DNA of 64,000 nt from Macrostomum lignano (lineage: Eukaryota). Below, in pieces: positions 23,701-49,974 of the stretch. The notes below the pieces were generated by a model, which worked only from the letters and a program-made list of their open reading frames with translations, searched no databases and was not told where the DNA came from. Position 1 is the first letter of the stretch, and every line of letters begins with the position of its first letter. The stretch lies in assembly GCA_002269645.1 (NCBI GenBank), contig NIVC01001854.1, positions 57,346-121,345 on the forward strand, in the 5' to 3' direction. The position numbers and the translations under genes were made by a program.

Positions 23701-24649
23701 CGTATCAGGACTCTTTCCAGGCTATCTGATTGCTGTTGAGAACTAAGGAACTAATAAGCCATGCCTTGCCTGTCGGTATCTTTGTATACAACTAAAGTCT
23801 TAAACATTGTCACTTTTCACAATAGATTTCTGTTTCTTTTTTACGAGCATACAATAGAGCCTGCATGGTGACACTAGATGTAGCGTTTTACCAACCCTCG
23901 CGCAGACAGATCGAGACCAGTTTCTGGCTTGTTTGTCTTCTTCAGTGACGTCGCGTCCTCTTCCACCACTCTCGGTGCGCTGCCATTTTTTGGTGAAATT
24001 TTCTCGTGTTGTGAGAGATTCTACGATTCATATCTTCATTCGCCTTTTTTCTTAGTAAGTCTAAATTGAATCCCCCACAGGCTCCATGTCGTAATCAATT
24101 GCCCCTAGAGCGGACATCGGACTTTAAAGTAGGCATCAAGCTAGACCAAGGTTGGAAAACTGTTTTTTTAATTTGAAGGACGAAAAAGAGAATAGAGAAG
24201 AGAGAGGAGATGCGAGAGGAGAGGCGAGAGGAGGGCGAGAGGAGGGCGAGAGGAGGGCGAGAGGAGGGCGAGAGGAGGGCGAGAGGCGGAGAAAGGAAAG
24301 AGTCCTCAAACCCAAAAGCACTGACGTGGTAACGCAGATATTTCAGCGAAGTATGTGCCATAATTTCGAATATTTTAGGTTCTCTCTAAAAGCTATGAAA
24401 TGAGAGAGGAGAGGAGAAAAAGAAAAAAAGCTAAGAAGAAACCTTGACCGGACTGGATTGCTATTTTGAAATTTCAAACGACAGGGCCAGATAGGTCGGA
24501 GGCTTCGCCGGCTGCATGTCACGACTCCAGAGTTTGCCGACCCCTGAGCTAGAAGCTAATCCTCACGGTCTCCTAGACCTAAAACACGTGGCCATAATAA
24601 ACAAATTCGATTCGTCTTTTCCGCCTCAAACCAATTTGCGGGCCTTCAA

Positions 24650-24736
24650 ATCAGCCAATCCGCTGCGAAATCTCTTCTTAGCCAATTGTCTTGATTCCGA
24701 TTGGCCATCACTTTTCACTTCGATTGTCTATAAATA
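24650..24736 (+). promoter_or_regulatory. Putative CCAAT and TATA promoter of the PLA2-like gene
   Basis: AGCCAATC (about 24653), AGCCAATT (about 24680), reverse GATTGG (about 24699) and TATAAATA (24729-24736), about 120 nt upstream of the ATG. Confidence 0.5.
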
Positions 24737-24851
24737 GGAAGCTAGTATTCACAACGGCCTAATCTTTTAATTCTCGACGAGCAATTCAACTGGAAGTACT
24801 CAAACCTTTTCCTATCTGAATAGTTGAGCCGTCCTCTAGGCTGAAAGCGCG

Positions 24852-25517
24852 ATGATTGCCCGGCCATCGTTGCTATTTCTGCTTCTAGGGGCCGCTAGTT
24901 TCAGCCTCTTGGTAGTTTCTAACGAAGCATCCTCCGCCTCGGACGACAGCAACCGCTTGATCACCGCGCTCACCGCGCTACGCAAGGCGGACGAGATGGC
25001 GAAGTGCGAGCTGCAGCATCAGGCTCGCCAGCTGCGCCGCCTTCGAGCGGCCAACGGCCGGCTGAAAGTCATGGCCGGCCGGGTCCGACGCAACATGATC
25101 CTGGACGACGAGCGGCCCGACGACAATGACAACAGCAAAGACCTCGGCGGCGCGATGGTGGCCTGCGGTCCTGAAGCCGCCAGTCTCGGCGGCGGCTGCT
25201 CAGCGATTCGTCGACGCTATGGGCTGAAGCTGGACGGCGAGGCCGCCGCCCTGTGCGATGGCTACGAGCTGTGCCAGGGCTGCACCGCCGCTGTCGGGCA
25301 GCGGGACAGCCGCGTCTGCGATCGCGTCTACGTCAGGATGGCGGCCAGGCAGTGCATGCGCCAGGACGATCCGGAGAGCTGCGGCAGGCAGGCCGACCAG
25401 CTGCTGGCTGTCTTGCGCCGCCACTACGGGCGCCGTCAGGGACGCTACGGCAGCGGCGCCAAGTGCAGTCGCACCTGCGCTAATCGGCTGTTCTCTCGCA
25501 ACGGATCCGACGATTGA
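24852..25517 (+). CDS. Intronless secreted conodipine/group IX-type phospholipase A2-fold protein, catalytic dyad substituted (probable pseudoenzyme), 221 aa
   Basis: Signal peptide, helical pro-region and RVRR convertase site, followed by a 10-Cys domain GGCS...CDGYELCQGC...CDRVY...C...C..QA..LLAVLRR. This matches the spacing of NGCS...CxxHDxCYxC...CDxxF...C...CxxxAxxYYxAVR. Confidence 0.7.
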   Translation: MIARPSLLFLLLGAASFSLLVVSNEASSASDDSNRLITALTALRKADEMAKCELQHQARQLRRLRAANGRLKVMAGRVRRNMILDDERPDDNDNSKDLGGAMVACGPEAASLGGGCSAIRRRYGLKLDGEAAALCDGYELCQGCTAAVGQRDSRVCDRVYVRMAARQCMRQDDPESCGRQADQLLAVLRRHYGRRQGRYGSGAKCSRTCANRLFSRNGSDD

Positions 25518-26190
25518 GAACTATTAACAATGATTATCATGGACAATTGACACCTGGAACTTTTAATTCCTCAAGCCCTATACTCTCGTACGAGCTAGCT
25601 CCCGCAAAAAACTGAACAATCAATGCAAATTTTATCGCGTACCCAGAAATCAAAATTCAAGTCATTTTTCCCCTCTTTAGCAGCCCAAATAGGCAAAAGC
25701 GCACATCTCAAACTATAGATTCAGCCCCAGCTCGGTGCAAGATCTCGTTGATTGGAAAAGCATTAAAAACAATGGACTTTTAGTGTTATTTATTTCATAC
25801 TTGAATACGAGTTTGGATAACTAGAGGCTTTAATTTACCTGCTGGTTGTCCTTGCTTGGATTGTTGACTTTTAGGAGGACTTAAGTCCGACCGTATAGAA
25901 AATGCAAGGAGACAATTCACAGCGATCATTCCGCTGACGCAACACACGCAGCTACTTACGTAGACTGTATAATGACGCAGAATTGTACGTGCGCCTTAGC
26001 TCTCTCCATCACATTGTAGCCTTTTACTACGGCTTCAGATGTTACTAATCAACTAAAAAGTATGTATTAGAAATTTCCAACCCAGAATTAAGGCGCACGA
26101 ACCCTGTCACAGTTTAGATTAGCAAACTATACGAGCTAAAATGGCCTGCGAAGCAATGAGGACTGCGAGACCAAAGGATCCCTTAAGTCA

Positions 26191-26481
26191 CAGGGGTCTC
26201 TCTATCCGGCCCTCGGGTCCTTTGAAACTTCACAATAGCAATCCGGCCTGCTGAAGGTTTGTCTCTTCTCAGCTCTCTTCTCTTCCCTCTCTTCCTATCT
26301 CTCCTATCCTCCTGTCCTCTCTCCTCTGATCTCTTATTTCCTCTCCCTTCTCCTCTTCCTTTCCTCCTCTCTCCTCTCCTCTCTCTTCTATTTTATCTCA
26401 TCTCCTCTCTCCCTTCCTCCGGCCCGCAGTCATGCGCTAGGTTCTCTACCTGGCCCTTGAGGTAAAGATTGCCGACCCCTG
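26191..26481. mobile_element. hAT-like MITE
   Basis: Termini are CAGGGGTC ... GACCCCTG, with subterminal CCGGCCC(T/G)CG motifs and a CT-rich core. A related fragment lies at about 32435-32490. Confidence 0.55.
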
Positions 26482-27141
26482 CCCTTAACAGTAGAATGAC
26501 CAGACTATTTTTCCCCATGGGGAAAGACCACGGGGTGTATTAAAAATACACACAACCCATTTCACCATACATGTAGTTCGCTAACCGAATTACCGATTTT
26601 CGTAAAAGTCCACACCATATGAATCAAAATTTTCCGCCCTTTCCGACGAACTAACTTTCATAGTCATCCGACGTCAGCATCGTCGAGATATTCAACGATT
26701 CTCCTCGGGGTGTCTGGTGGCAAAAGCCACCAACATTGGCAATTTTTTTCTGCTCACAAAATCTCATCATGAAACCACGTCGTCTCAGCAAACCCTGCAT
26801 ATCAGTCGCAGGGACTTTTGCTCTCAGCATCCCAGGCAACAGGGTCCCCTTCATCTCCGTCTGGAGCATCGGCGGCGACCGTCGGGACCTTCAAAAAAAG
26901 CACCTGATCGGCATCTCAGAGACGGCTGCGTTCCCAAAATTGAAATGGAAGAATCCTCTTCTACATGCAGAATTCCGTCAAGTAGACTTAATCGGTGAAT
27001 GAAATGGACGATGGCAACCCTCTAGGCTGACCTTTAGACATACAGGCGACCTTCGGGACCTTCAACGGAGTGCCACCACGCGGCCCTGACGAGCTGACAA
27101 CCCCGACATCGTGATTTTTCTATCAAGGAACCAAAAAAGGC

Positions 27142-27915
27142 ATGTCTGCATATTATACAATGCTTTTGCACCATGTTAAACTCGAAACTGCTAAACATCG
27201 TCAGCGGGCTGCCGCAGCGGACAAGCTCTACGGCATCCGACGCCTGTGGGACACCTTTGTCAGTCAGCTGCGCCATCCTGTCCTTTCCGGGCCGTACCTT
27301 CCGGGTGTGAACTGTGACTTCACGGCCTTTCTGAAGGAGAAGTCCGGTCTTCTTCTTCTTCCATTCGGGCGCGCTCGGGCCAGGGCCCATGACACCGGGC
27401 GTCAGATGGCACCCGGCCTTCCTGAGGAAGTTTAACACCGCTGTGCAGTTCTCGAAAACTGCCACGGGCTCCGGGCTTGGCCCCCAACGGTCGCAATGGT
27501 GCCAAGCTGTTCCTGCTGATATCGGCTGGGAATCCAGAGATTCAGGATGACATGGACATCCGCTACGTGTTTAATGCGGAAATCTGCACTGGCAAATGAA
27601 CACTGCTGTCCACTACTTTTGCATCACAGGAATCCGATGCTCGGCTGGCCAAGGGCTCAGAGGTGTGGAGTCGTGAGCAATTTGTTTGCCGATTGGCTGA
27701 TCCACACTGGTACATCACATGTGACAGATTTTTCTCGAGTCCTGCGCTGGCCAATCACTTGTACCGAGAAACGGGATTCACGTTTCTTGGAACAGTGATG
27801 CGCACTCGTGGTGGCCTGCCAGTCGATTTCAAGAATTCAACTCAAACCATGGCTCCACACAGGAGCGAATTCCAGTTTTCTGAGGAGCTCACTTGTGTGT
27901 CCTACTGCCCGTTCA
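27142..27915 (+). pseudogene. piggyBac (PGBD-type DDD) transposase remnant, frameshifted and truncated
   Basis: The motifs above are spread over several frames with stops. The sequence breaks off before the third catalytic Asp and the C-terminal Cys-rich domain. Confidence 0.8.
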
Positions 27916-27937
27916 GATCCTTCTGCTCTGAGTTTGC

Positions 27938-28090
27938 TGTAATATCATTTTTGACATACTGTAATGTCATTTTTGACATGCTGTAATATCATTTTTGACA
28001 TACTGTAATATCATTTTTGACATACTGTAATGTCATTTTTGACATGCTGTAATATCATTTTTGACATACTGTAATATCATATTTGACCAA
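27938..28090. repeat. 22-bp minisatellite (TGTAATATCATTTTTGACATAC)n at the junction inside the piggyBac element
   Basis: About 7 tandem units between the transposase remnant and the inverted arm. Confidence 0.9.
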
Positions 28091-29925
28091 TTAAATATGT
28101 TATTTTTTTCAGTAGCCAGTTAAATCTAACTCTCCAATTTAACATGGTGCAAAAGCATTGTATAATATGCAGACATGCCTTGTTTCATGGTTCCTTGATA
28201 GAAAAATCACGATGTTGGGGGTGCCAGCTCGTCAGGGCCGCGTTGTGGCACTCCGTTGAAGGTCCCGAAGGTCGCCTGTATGTCTACAGGTCAGCCTAGA
28301 GGGTTGCCATCGTCCATTTCATTCACTGATTATGTCTATTGACGGAATGCAGCATGCAGAAGAGGATTATTCCATTTCAGTTTTGGGAACGCAGCCGTCT
28401 CTGAGATGCCGATCGGGTGCTTTTTTGAAGGTCCCGACGGTCGCCACCGATGCTCCAGACGGAGATGAAGGGGACCCTGGTGCCTGGGATGCTGAGAGAA
28501 AAAGTCCCTGCGACTGATTTGCATAGTTTGCTGAGACGACGTGGTTTCATGATGAGATTTTGTGAGCAGAAAAAATTGCCAATGTTGGTGGTTTTTGCCA
28601 CCAGACACTCCGAGGAGAATCGTTGAATATCTCGACGATGCCGATTTTTCGTGATTCTGGAAGTTGCTCCATCGAATAAAGCGGAAAACTTTTGCACGTG
28701 TCCTGAATTTTCAGAATGAATTTGTTGAATATTCTTCGAGATCCAGACAAATGAAAAATGTGTGTATTTGAAATACACCCCCATGGTCCTTCTACTGTTA
28801 AGATAATAGCGCCTGCCCAAAGTGCCATGTGGGGGTAGGAATGAAGTTCACTTCCTGTCTAAGTGTACAGGACAGGTTGGAACTTTTATAGTTACTCCCA
28901 GGGATAACTTTGACCAGGAAATCTCGGATAAAAACCTTATTGCAGAGGACAAAGAATTTTAACATAGGTAAGTCAAGAAGATAGAGATTTATTGAAAATT
29001 CTGGCAAAATTCATCTCAAAGACAAACATCGCATATTTCTATTCACTAGCTTCATGTATGTACTTTTTGTAATAATTATTTAAAAGAATTCTCAAAGTAC
29101 AGAGCTAGATAAAAAGATGCGTGACGCCATTAGCTGTTGGCTTCATTAAGTCTCGAAATGTCACACCTGCAATTTGGCTATATATATATACGGTTTTGAT
29201 GGGGATGCCATTAGACTTCTTCGGACGCAATACCCTGAGATCTAGTGCACCTAATGTGTCATCATCTGCTTCTATGCATACGGCTTCGAGCTTTCGTGTC
29301 TGAGGTAAAGACAAGTCAGTTTGAAAATCTGGTTGCAAATTAATAGCAAGCCCAGGTGCTCTCTGTGACCAGTAGGGGCAAGTGAGCAAAATACAAAAGT
29401 GCAATAGCGTGTCTCTCAACTTCAGTTTTCGGTCCGAGCTGACCCTGCACTGAGCCCCGAAGCTGCGGTACGCAAAGTCAACGGAAAATGGAGTTAGCAA
29501 ATTGTGCAGATTCAATGGAAGCAACGTAAAAAAGAGGACAACAAGAGAAAGAAAAAAAGAGTGACTCGAAGCTGCAAGATTGTCTAAATGTAACTCTGAG
29601 CTCTAATACTCAGCTGAAAGTCTGTACACACAAAACTTGATTCTAATTGGTTCTCAAACCTCTCTCTGCGAGGGCTCTTTCATCTCTGGACTGGCTCAAT
29701 TGTACTCCAGCATCGAGCAAGGGTTGGGTGTGAGAACCGAATAGAGCGCCTGAGCCTGCAATGTGCGCGATTTCCAGGCTCTGAGCTTTGGAATGAGTAT
29801 ATGAGCCCGAAACACTGTACTGTGACAGCCTGCTCCAGTAGCTTCATCACTGCTCAGTTTGAAATTCATTTGCTATCAAGGTAGGAAATAAAGTCCGGCA
29901 TTGTGTTATTTACTTTATTTATATA

Positions 29926-30295
<370 letters not shown>

Positions 30296-30302
30296 ACCGC
30301 AG

Positions 30303-35154
<4,852 letters not shown>

Positions 35155-35299
35155 TTGAAAAACCGGACTGGTTTCCGATGAATTCAGGCCCCAGGGCAAG
35201 AGAATTATACATAATTTAATAACAGGAATTAGGAAACTTTTGTTTAATAAGGCTTGAAATTCAAGCTGCTAAGATTTACTAAGAGATTTCTAATTAATG

Positions 35300-35618
35300 A
35301 TTTAGCGCTTCCATCACTGATTCAGCGCTTCCATCACTGATTCAGCGCTTCCATCACTGATTTAGCGCTTCCATCACTGATTTAGCACTTCCATCACTGA
35401 TTTAGCGCTTCCATCACTGATTTAGCGCTTCCATCACTGATTTAGTGGTTCCATCACTGATTTAGCGCTTCCATCACTGATTTAGCGCTTCCATCACTGA
35501 TTTAGCGCTTCCATCACTGATTCAGCGCTTCCATCACTGATTCAGCGCTTCCATCACTGATTTAGCGCTTCCATCACTGATTTAGTGGTTCCATCACTGA
35601 TTTAGCGCTTCCATCACT
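35300..35618. repeat. 20-bp minisatellite (TTTAGCGCTTCCATCACTGA)n, about 16 copies
   Basis: Lies just downstream of the Rh stop codon. Confidence 0.95.
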
Positions 35619-36181
35619 TTATATATATTTTATGATTTTATACGTTCTTTGCTACTTGTGTAGTGATCAGTAGTATCATTATCAGTAGTATCATTGATGT
35701 GCGTTGCAGTATGAAACATTTCATTAAGAAAAGCTTGCCAAAAACGTTACAGTAATAAAAAATTATACAAATTTAGCTAATGGGATTACATCATTGAATA
35801 TAATTTTTTCCATACTAATAATTATTTTAGTCTTTTACTATTTAAAATTAAGCTATCATAGCTTGTATTTTAATCCCATCATGTTTGGTTCTTGCGATTC
35901 CTCGCCTACATGCGGTGGAAATAAGTGCTCACTGATTGCTCAAAACCATCTTTGATCTGCTTTTCAAGTTAATTATTAAAACAACCTTAACTATATTTAT
36001 TCGACTCTTAACTGACTCTATTGATAGAATTGCATAAGTATTCATTTTTGATTAATGAACTCTTAACAATACACGACAAAGCTCGTATTAGTCTAGCTTT
36101 GCTCGAACTAACTAAACAGTAAAGTTGTTTTTCTTCTATCTTAGTGACACATTTTAAACAGTGTTTCGTGCTTGCAGTGGA

Positions 36182-36655
36182 CACCAAGAGACAGGAACCC
36201 CCACCAAGAGACAGGAACCCCCACCAAGAGACAGGAACCCCAACTAAGAGACAGGAACCCCCACCAAGAGACAGGAACCCCAACCAAGAGACAGGAACCC
36301 CCACCAAGAGACAGGAACCCCAACCAAGAGACAGGAACCCCCACCAAGAGACAGGAACCCCAACTAAGAGACAGGAACCCCCACCAAGAGACAAGAACCC
36401 CCACCAAGAGACAGGAACCCCCACCAAGAGACAGGAACCCCAACTAAGAGACAGGAACCCCCACCAAGAGACAGGAACCCCCACCAAGAGACAGGAACCC
36501 CCACCAAGAGACAGGAACCCCAACTAAGAGACAGGAACCCCACCAAGAGACAAGAACCCCCACCAAGAGACAGGAACCCCCACCAAGAGACAGGAACCCC
36601 AACTAAGAGACAGGAACCCCACCAAGAGACAGGAACCCCACCAAGAGACAGGGTG
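36182..36655. repeat. 20-bp minisatellite (CACCAAGAGACAGGAACCCC)n
   Basis: Intergenic tandem units. Confidence 0.95.
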
Positions 36656-37465
36656 GCGCCCACCCAAGAGACAGAAATTAAAACTCTAACGAGAACCCAT
36701 TTGACATACTGCTCGGAGATCTTAATACGCTACAATTCAGATTATAGCTGGTTGTTCTCTGAGTCGTTTCACCCACGCTACTCTGCCATTGATTTTAACT
36801 AGGAAGCTCACTGCTCAAAGTGCTTCAGTTATTCGATTTTCGTCTTATATCGATTCGATCTAAGTTGAGAAAGAGACCGCCAGCAACTTAAAGGAGTAGT
36901 AGAAAACCATTTTATTTTCTGTCTAAAACTTCTGCTACTAAAAGTACAGCTAACAGCGGTCTGAGCTGTGTTACCTGCTACCATCAGTTATCATTGGCCC
37001 GTGTGCTATGTGCGATAATTGGCAAACCAGGTTCGCAGGACGCTGAAGAGGCGTCACTGGAGTGGTGTGTATAGAGAGATAAAAGGAGGCCAATTGTGAG
37101 CACTGGAGTGGCTGATAGATTGATTGCAAGAGAAAAGTTTGTTGGCTTGAGTGCGGCTGTGATGGTTGAAGGGGGGGGGGCCTGGCTGCCACGACTGAGG
37201 AACAAAATGTTTGGGATAAGCTGGAGACGAAAAGAGGGAAGAGGATTGGCTGTCGAGCCGCCTCGCCTGCCCTCTTATCTTCGTCGCTTCTCTTCCCTAC
37301 CTCAGCGAGCCATCCTTCTCGCCATACCAATTCAGGCTTTCTTCCTCCAGGAGCAGGCCGCCAACCCACCCGGACAGTATAGGGAAGAGAAAAGAAGGAA
37401 GCTGGATATGTAAGGTAAAACTGCGTGGACAGAAAAACTAAGTTATTAAAAAAATCGGAGATAAG

Positions 37466-46584
<9,119 letters not shown>

Positions 46585-46694
46585 CCTGCGGACATTTAAG
46601 CGGGTGTTTTATTAATGTGTTTTTCCTTAAGCAGATGCGGCAGAGTCATTGTTTTAATGAAGTGAGAGGTTTGGATGGATGTGAGGGCTTTGAT

Positions 46695-47115
46695 AAGGGG
46701 TGAGGGGTTCAAATTAGGGGTGGAGGGGTTCAGATAAGGGATGAGGGGTTCAAATTAGGGGTGGAGGGGTTCAGATAAGGGATGAGGGGTTCAAATTAGG
46801 GGTGGAGGGGTTCAGATAAGGGGTGAGGGGTTCAGATAAGGGGTGAGGGGTTCAGATAAGGGGTGAGGGGTTCAGATAAGGGGTGAGGGGTTCAAATTAG
46901 GGGTGAGGGATTCAGATAAGGGGTGAGGGGTTCAGATAAGGGGTGAGGGGTTCAGATAAGGGGTGAGGGCTTCAGATAAGGGGTGAGGGGTTCAGATAAG
47001 GGGTCAGGGGTTCAGATAAGGGGTGAGGGGTTCAGATAAGGGGTCAGGGGTTCAGATAAGGGGTGAGGGGTTCAGATAAGGGGTTCAGATAAGGGATGAG
47101 GGGTTCAGATAGGGG
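46695..47115. repeat. G-rich 20-bp minisatellite (GGGGTTCAGATAAGGGGTGA)n
   Basis: Starts about 110 nt after the C2 gene stop codon. Confidence 0.95.
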
Positions 47116-47300
47116 TGATGGTTACGGATAAGTGTGTATCGAGTGTTTGGGTGTTTAGGTTGTAGGCGTTGTGTGTTAAGCTGGAGCTGTAGATGGGGGT
47201 TTAGTTTGGGAAACAAACATTTTCAGTCTTAATAAAAAGAGTAGCTAGTGGCTTTTCCGCTTGACATTTTTGTTTCCAATTGCTGGCTTTATCGTGGCCA

Positions 47301-47302
<2 letters not shown>

Positions 47303-47345
<43 letters not shown>

Positions 47346-47346
47346 G

Positions 47347-47434
<88 letters not shown>

Positions 47435-47548
47435 TCTGTCTGTCTATCTGTCTGTCTGTCTGTCTGTCTGTCTTCTGTCTGTCTATCTGTCTGTCTGTCT
47501 GTCTGCCTGTCTGTCTGTCTGTCTGTCTGCCTGTCTGTCTGTCTGTCT
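47303..47548. repeat. (TCTG)n microsatellite
   Basis: Tetranucleotide run. Confidence 0.95.
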
Positions 47549-49559
47549 ATCCGTCGGTAAAATACACACACGACTAACGAAATAATTTGTGTTGTTGATG
47601 TCGATATTCTACATTTATTGTCAAGTTTTTAAATGCTAGACTTGTACACGTCGAATGAGTCAATCTCTCTGCGCGATCATTCCTCGCTTAAAGTGAAGAA
47701 AATGTGTCGAAAATTTAGTTAGCGTAACAAATTATTTTAAATCTTGTTGTGTTTGTTAAAGTGCGCAAACGTATAAGTTACAGACGCAAGATGCAGCTTT
47801 CTTTTATGAATTGCTATATTTCTTAGGCAATTATTCGCGTGTCCTACGTTTAGAAGTATCTAGTTTTGTCTCAAATATTTTTATTACGAGCTATCTTGAG
47901 ATACTGCTAATAGGAGAAAGTATAAGAAGCAATGTGACGTAACCCAGGCTTTTCATAGGGAATCTTAATTTTACGAGCGTAGCTGGTGAATGAGCGGTTT
48001 TAAACTAAGATCCTCCTAAGCTCCAGGATTCCAAGGGGTGGATAATAGATAACGCCATCTTAAAGTCTTTCCTCCTAGATGGGTTCGATGCAGCAAGAGG
48101 TCCCAAAGCCATATTGTGGTGCACATCCTACGGGGACTTATTTAGAAGTATTGTTATTGATATAATTATTTGGTTAAATTCGGCTCATACTCGGGTGATC
48201 TTCCACTCTGATCCTCAGCTTCTAGTCCAGGCCATGCGGCAGGCAGGCGCACTCACTACTCACGTTTCATACCACGCCTCATAGTATGAGCCGTAAATAA
48301 GCAAACAGGCAGAAGCAAACTAGTTGAATATAGCTAATACCCTGAATTACTGGCCCTAAACTTGGCCTTAAACGCTAAGTCTAATTATTAAAACGGAATT
48401 AGTAGGTAAGGATTGAAAAATTATGAGATGATGAGCAGTGGGGGGGGGGACCGGGCTGACTATACCCAAGGCAACAGAGAAAGAAATACCTTACAGACGC
48501 GGCAGGGCTGGTTGGCACGGTGGTCGTCGGATAGTCGATAAGCATGAGTCATCGTGATGAATCATCACAATGAGTCATCCCGGCCGGGGGCGCAGGAATC
48601 ACAGGGAAGGAGGGTGCGCGAAAACTACTGGGGCCCAGGACGTACCTACGTCACTTGACAGGATTACTTTTTTATATTAACTTTAAATTCAAGGTAAACT
48701 TTAATTTAGTTAAACTAACATGTTTACTTTACAAATTCGATCAATTTTCTTGAACTTTTTATCTTACTAAATGTTGAGCTATACCTGTAAAAGTCCATAC
48801 AGTACTTAAAAGAATACTCAAAAGTAATAAATTTGAGCTAAACTGTGAAAGTAGGTTAAAACAAAAAACGGCTTAAAGTATTTTTCTATAGAATACTGAT
48901 TGTTGATTCTATTTTTGCATCTAACTTTTGTTTTGAGAGGAGTTAATGTTCAAAAAAATGTTACGCGGTCGAATGTGCAACATCGTGTAATGGAAATGAT
49001 TAATTGATTTGATCAAGAGTATTTTACAAATGTTATTCTATTCCTAAACTGCACTATATAAAATATTTTTAAGGAAGTAAAATGTTCACTTTGCATTGCA
49101 AAAAATTTCAACGTTCTGTTAAAAAGTATGTCAGTTTATTTTTGACAGTTAATCCTGCGCTAAAATTCATTTAAGCAACATGATGTTCACAACATTCTAA
49201 CAAATTTTTAATCATTTCCATGAGAAGTGAAAAACACTTGAATTCAAAAATAACACAGGGTCAGTTTCAAAGCTGTATAATATTTTAATGACGAACTTGA
49301 AGTCACCAAATAACAATATTTCATGCTCGTGCAGTAATGAAAAAAATGTTTGTATTTAAATAATTAAAAAGTGAATTAATGGCCCTTTTAAAAACTGTTG
49401 AACACCGCAAATTTTCTATTTTATTTATGAGCGTAGTAACATTTTCGGGGATTTTTTTATTAGAGGCAGGGGGGTTGTGTGCACCCTGGCGCACTTTAAG
49501 CGACATAGGCACACAACCGGCGAGAGGCATTGCTGCCCATTCCGCCGACTCCCCTGAGC

Positions 49560-49815
49560 AGGCACACAAGCGCGCGGATACGTACGCAGGCACACACTCA
49601 CACAGGAGTGTACAGCGGCCCTAACTTTATATTATCGTTAGGCATGTACACTTCACTGTGCCTTGGGGGGTTGGCTCTCAAGGTCGTTAATTGCACGAGC
49701 AGAGCCAAGCCGAGATTCCAATTCAGCCCCAAATTAATGTGTGTGACTGCACTTGGAATCGAGCCTGGGTCGCTGGCACACCAGAGCCTGCGCTACCGCT
49801 GGGCTACGGGGTACG
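49560..49815 (-). mobile_element. tRNA-derived SINE-like element (second family)
   Basis: The minus-strand head is TAGCCCAGCGG ... GGCTCGATTCC. The body GTACGCAGGCAC...CACACAGG.GTGTACAGCGG.CCT.ACTTT is shared with 57505-57700. Confidence 0.55.
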
Positions 49816-49974
49816 GCCCCCTACATTTTCGGGGATAAATATAAATAAAAATAGTTTGCATGGTTACTCGTATATGTTTCTTGATTTCGAGTCAAATTAA
49901 ACCTCTGTAGCTCACGTTTCAACCGAAAAAGTTCAAATGATCAATGGATCATATCGATCATATCGATTCACCAA

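Larger units (their letters stand above)
26489..28797 (+). mobile_element. Degenerate piggyBac element with TTAA target-site duplication and long inverted arms
   Basis: TTAA(26485-88)-CAGTAGAATGACC ... GGTCCTTCTACTG-TTAA(28798-801), with subterminal GGGGTGTATT..AAATACAC at both ends. Interrupted transposase motifs DKLYGIRRLWD, GAKLFLL..YVFNAEICTGK and YITCDRFFSSPALA..LGTVMRTR. Confidence 0.88.

Noticed and set aside
46695-47115. Possible telomeric sequence (TTAGGG within TTAGGGG)
   Set aside because: There are only a few isolated instances inside a 20-bp unit, not a (TTAGGG)n tract.
48535-48660. Two TGAGTCAT (AP-1-like) sites and a TACGTCA (CRE-like half site) between the convergent genes
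   Set aside because: Short motifs are expected by chance, and there is no nearby gene start or conservation evidence.
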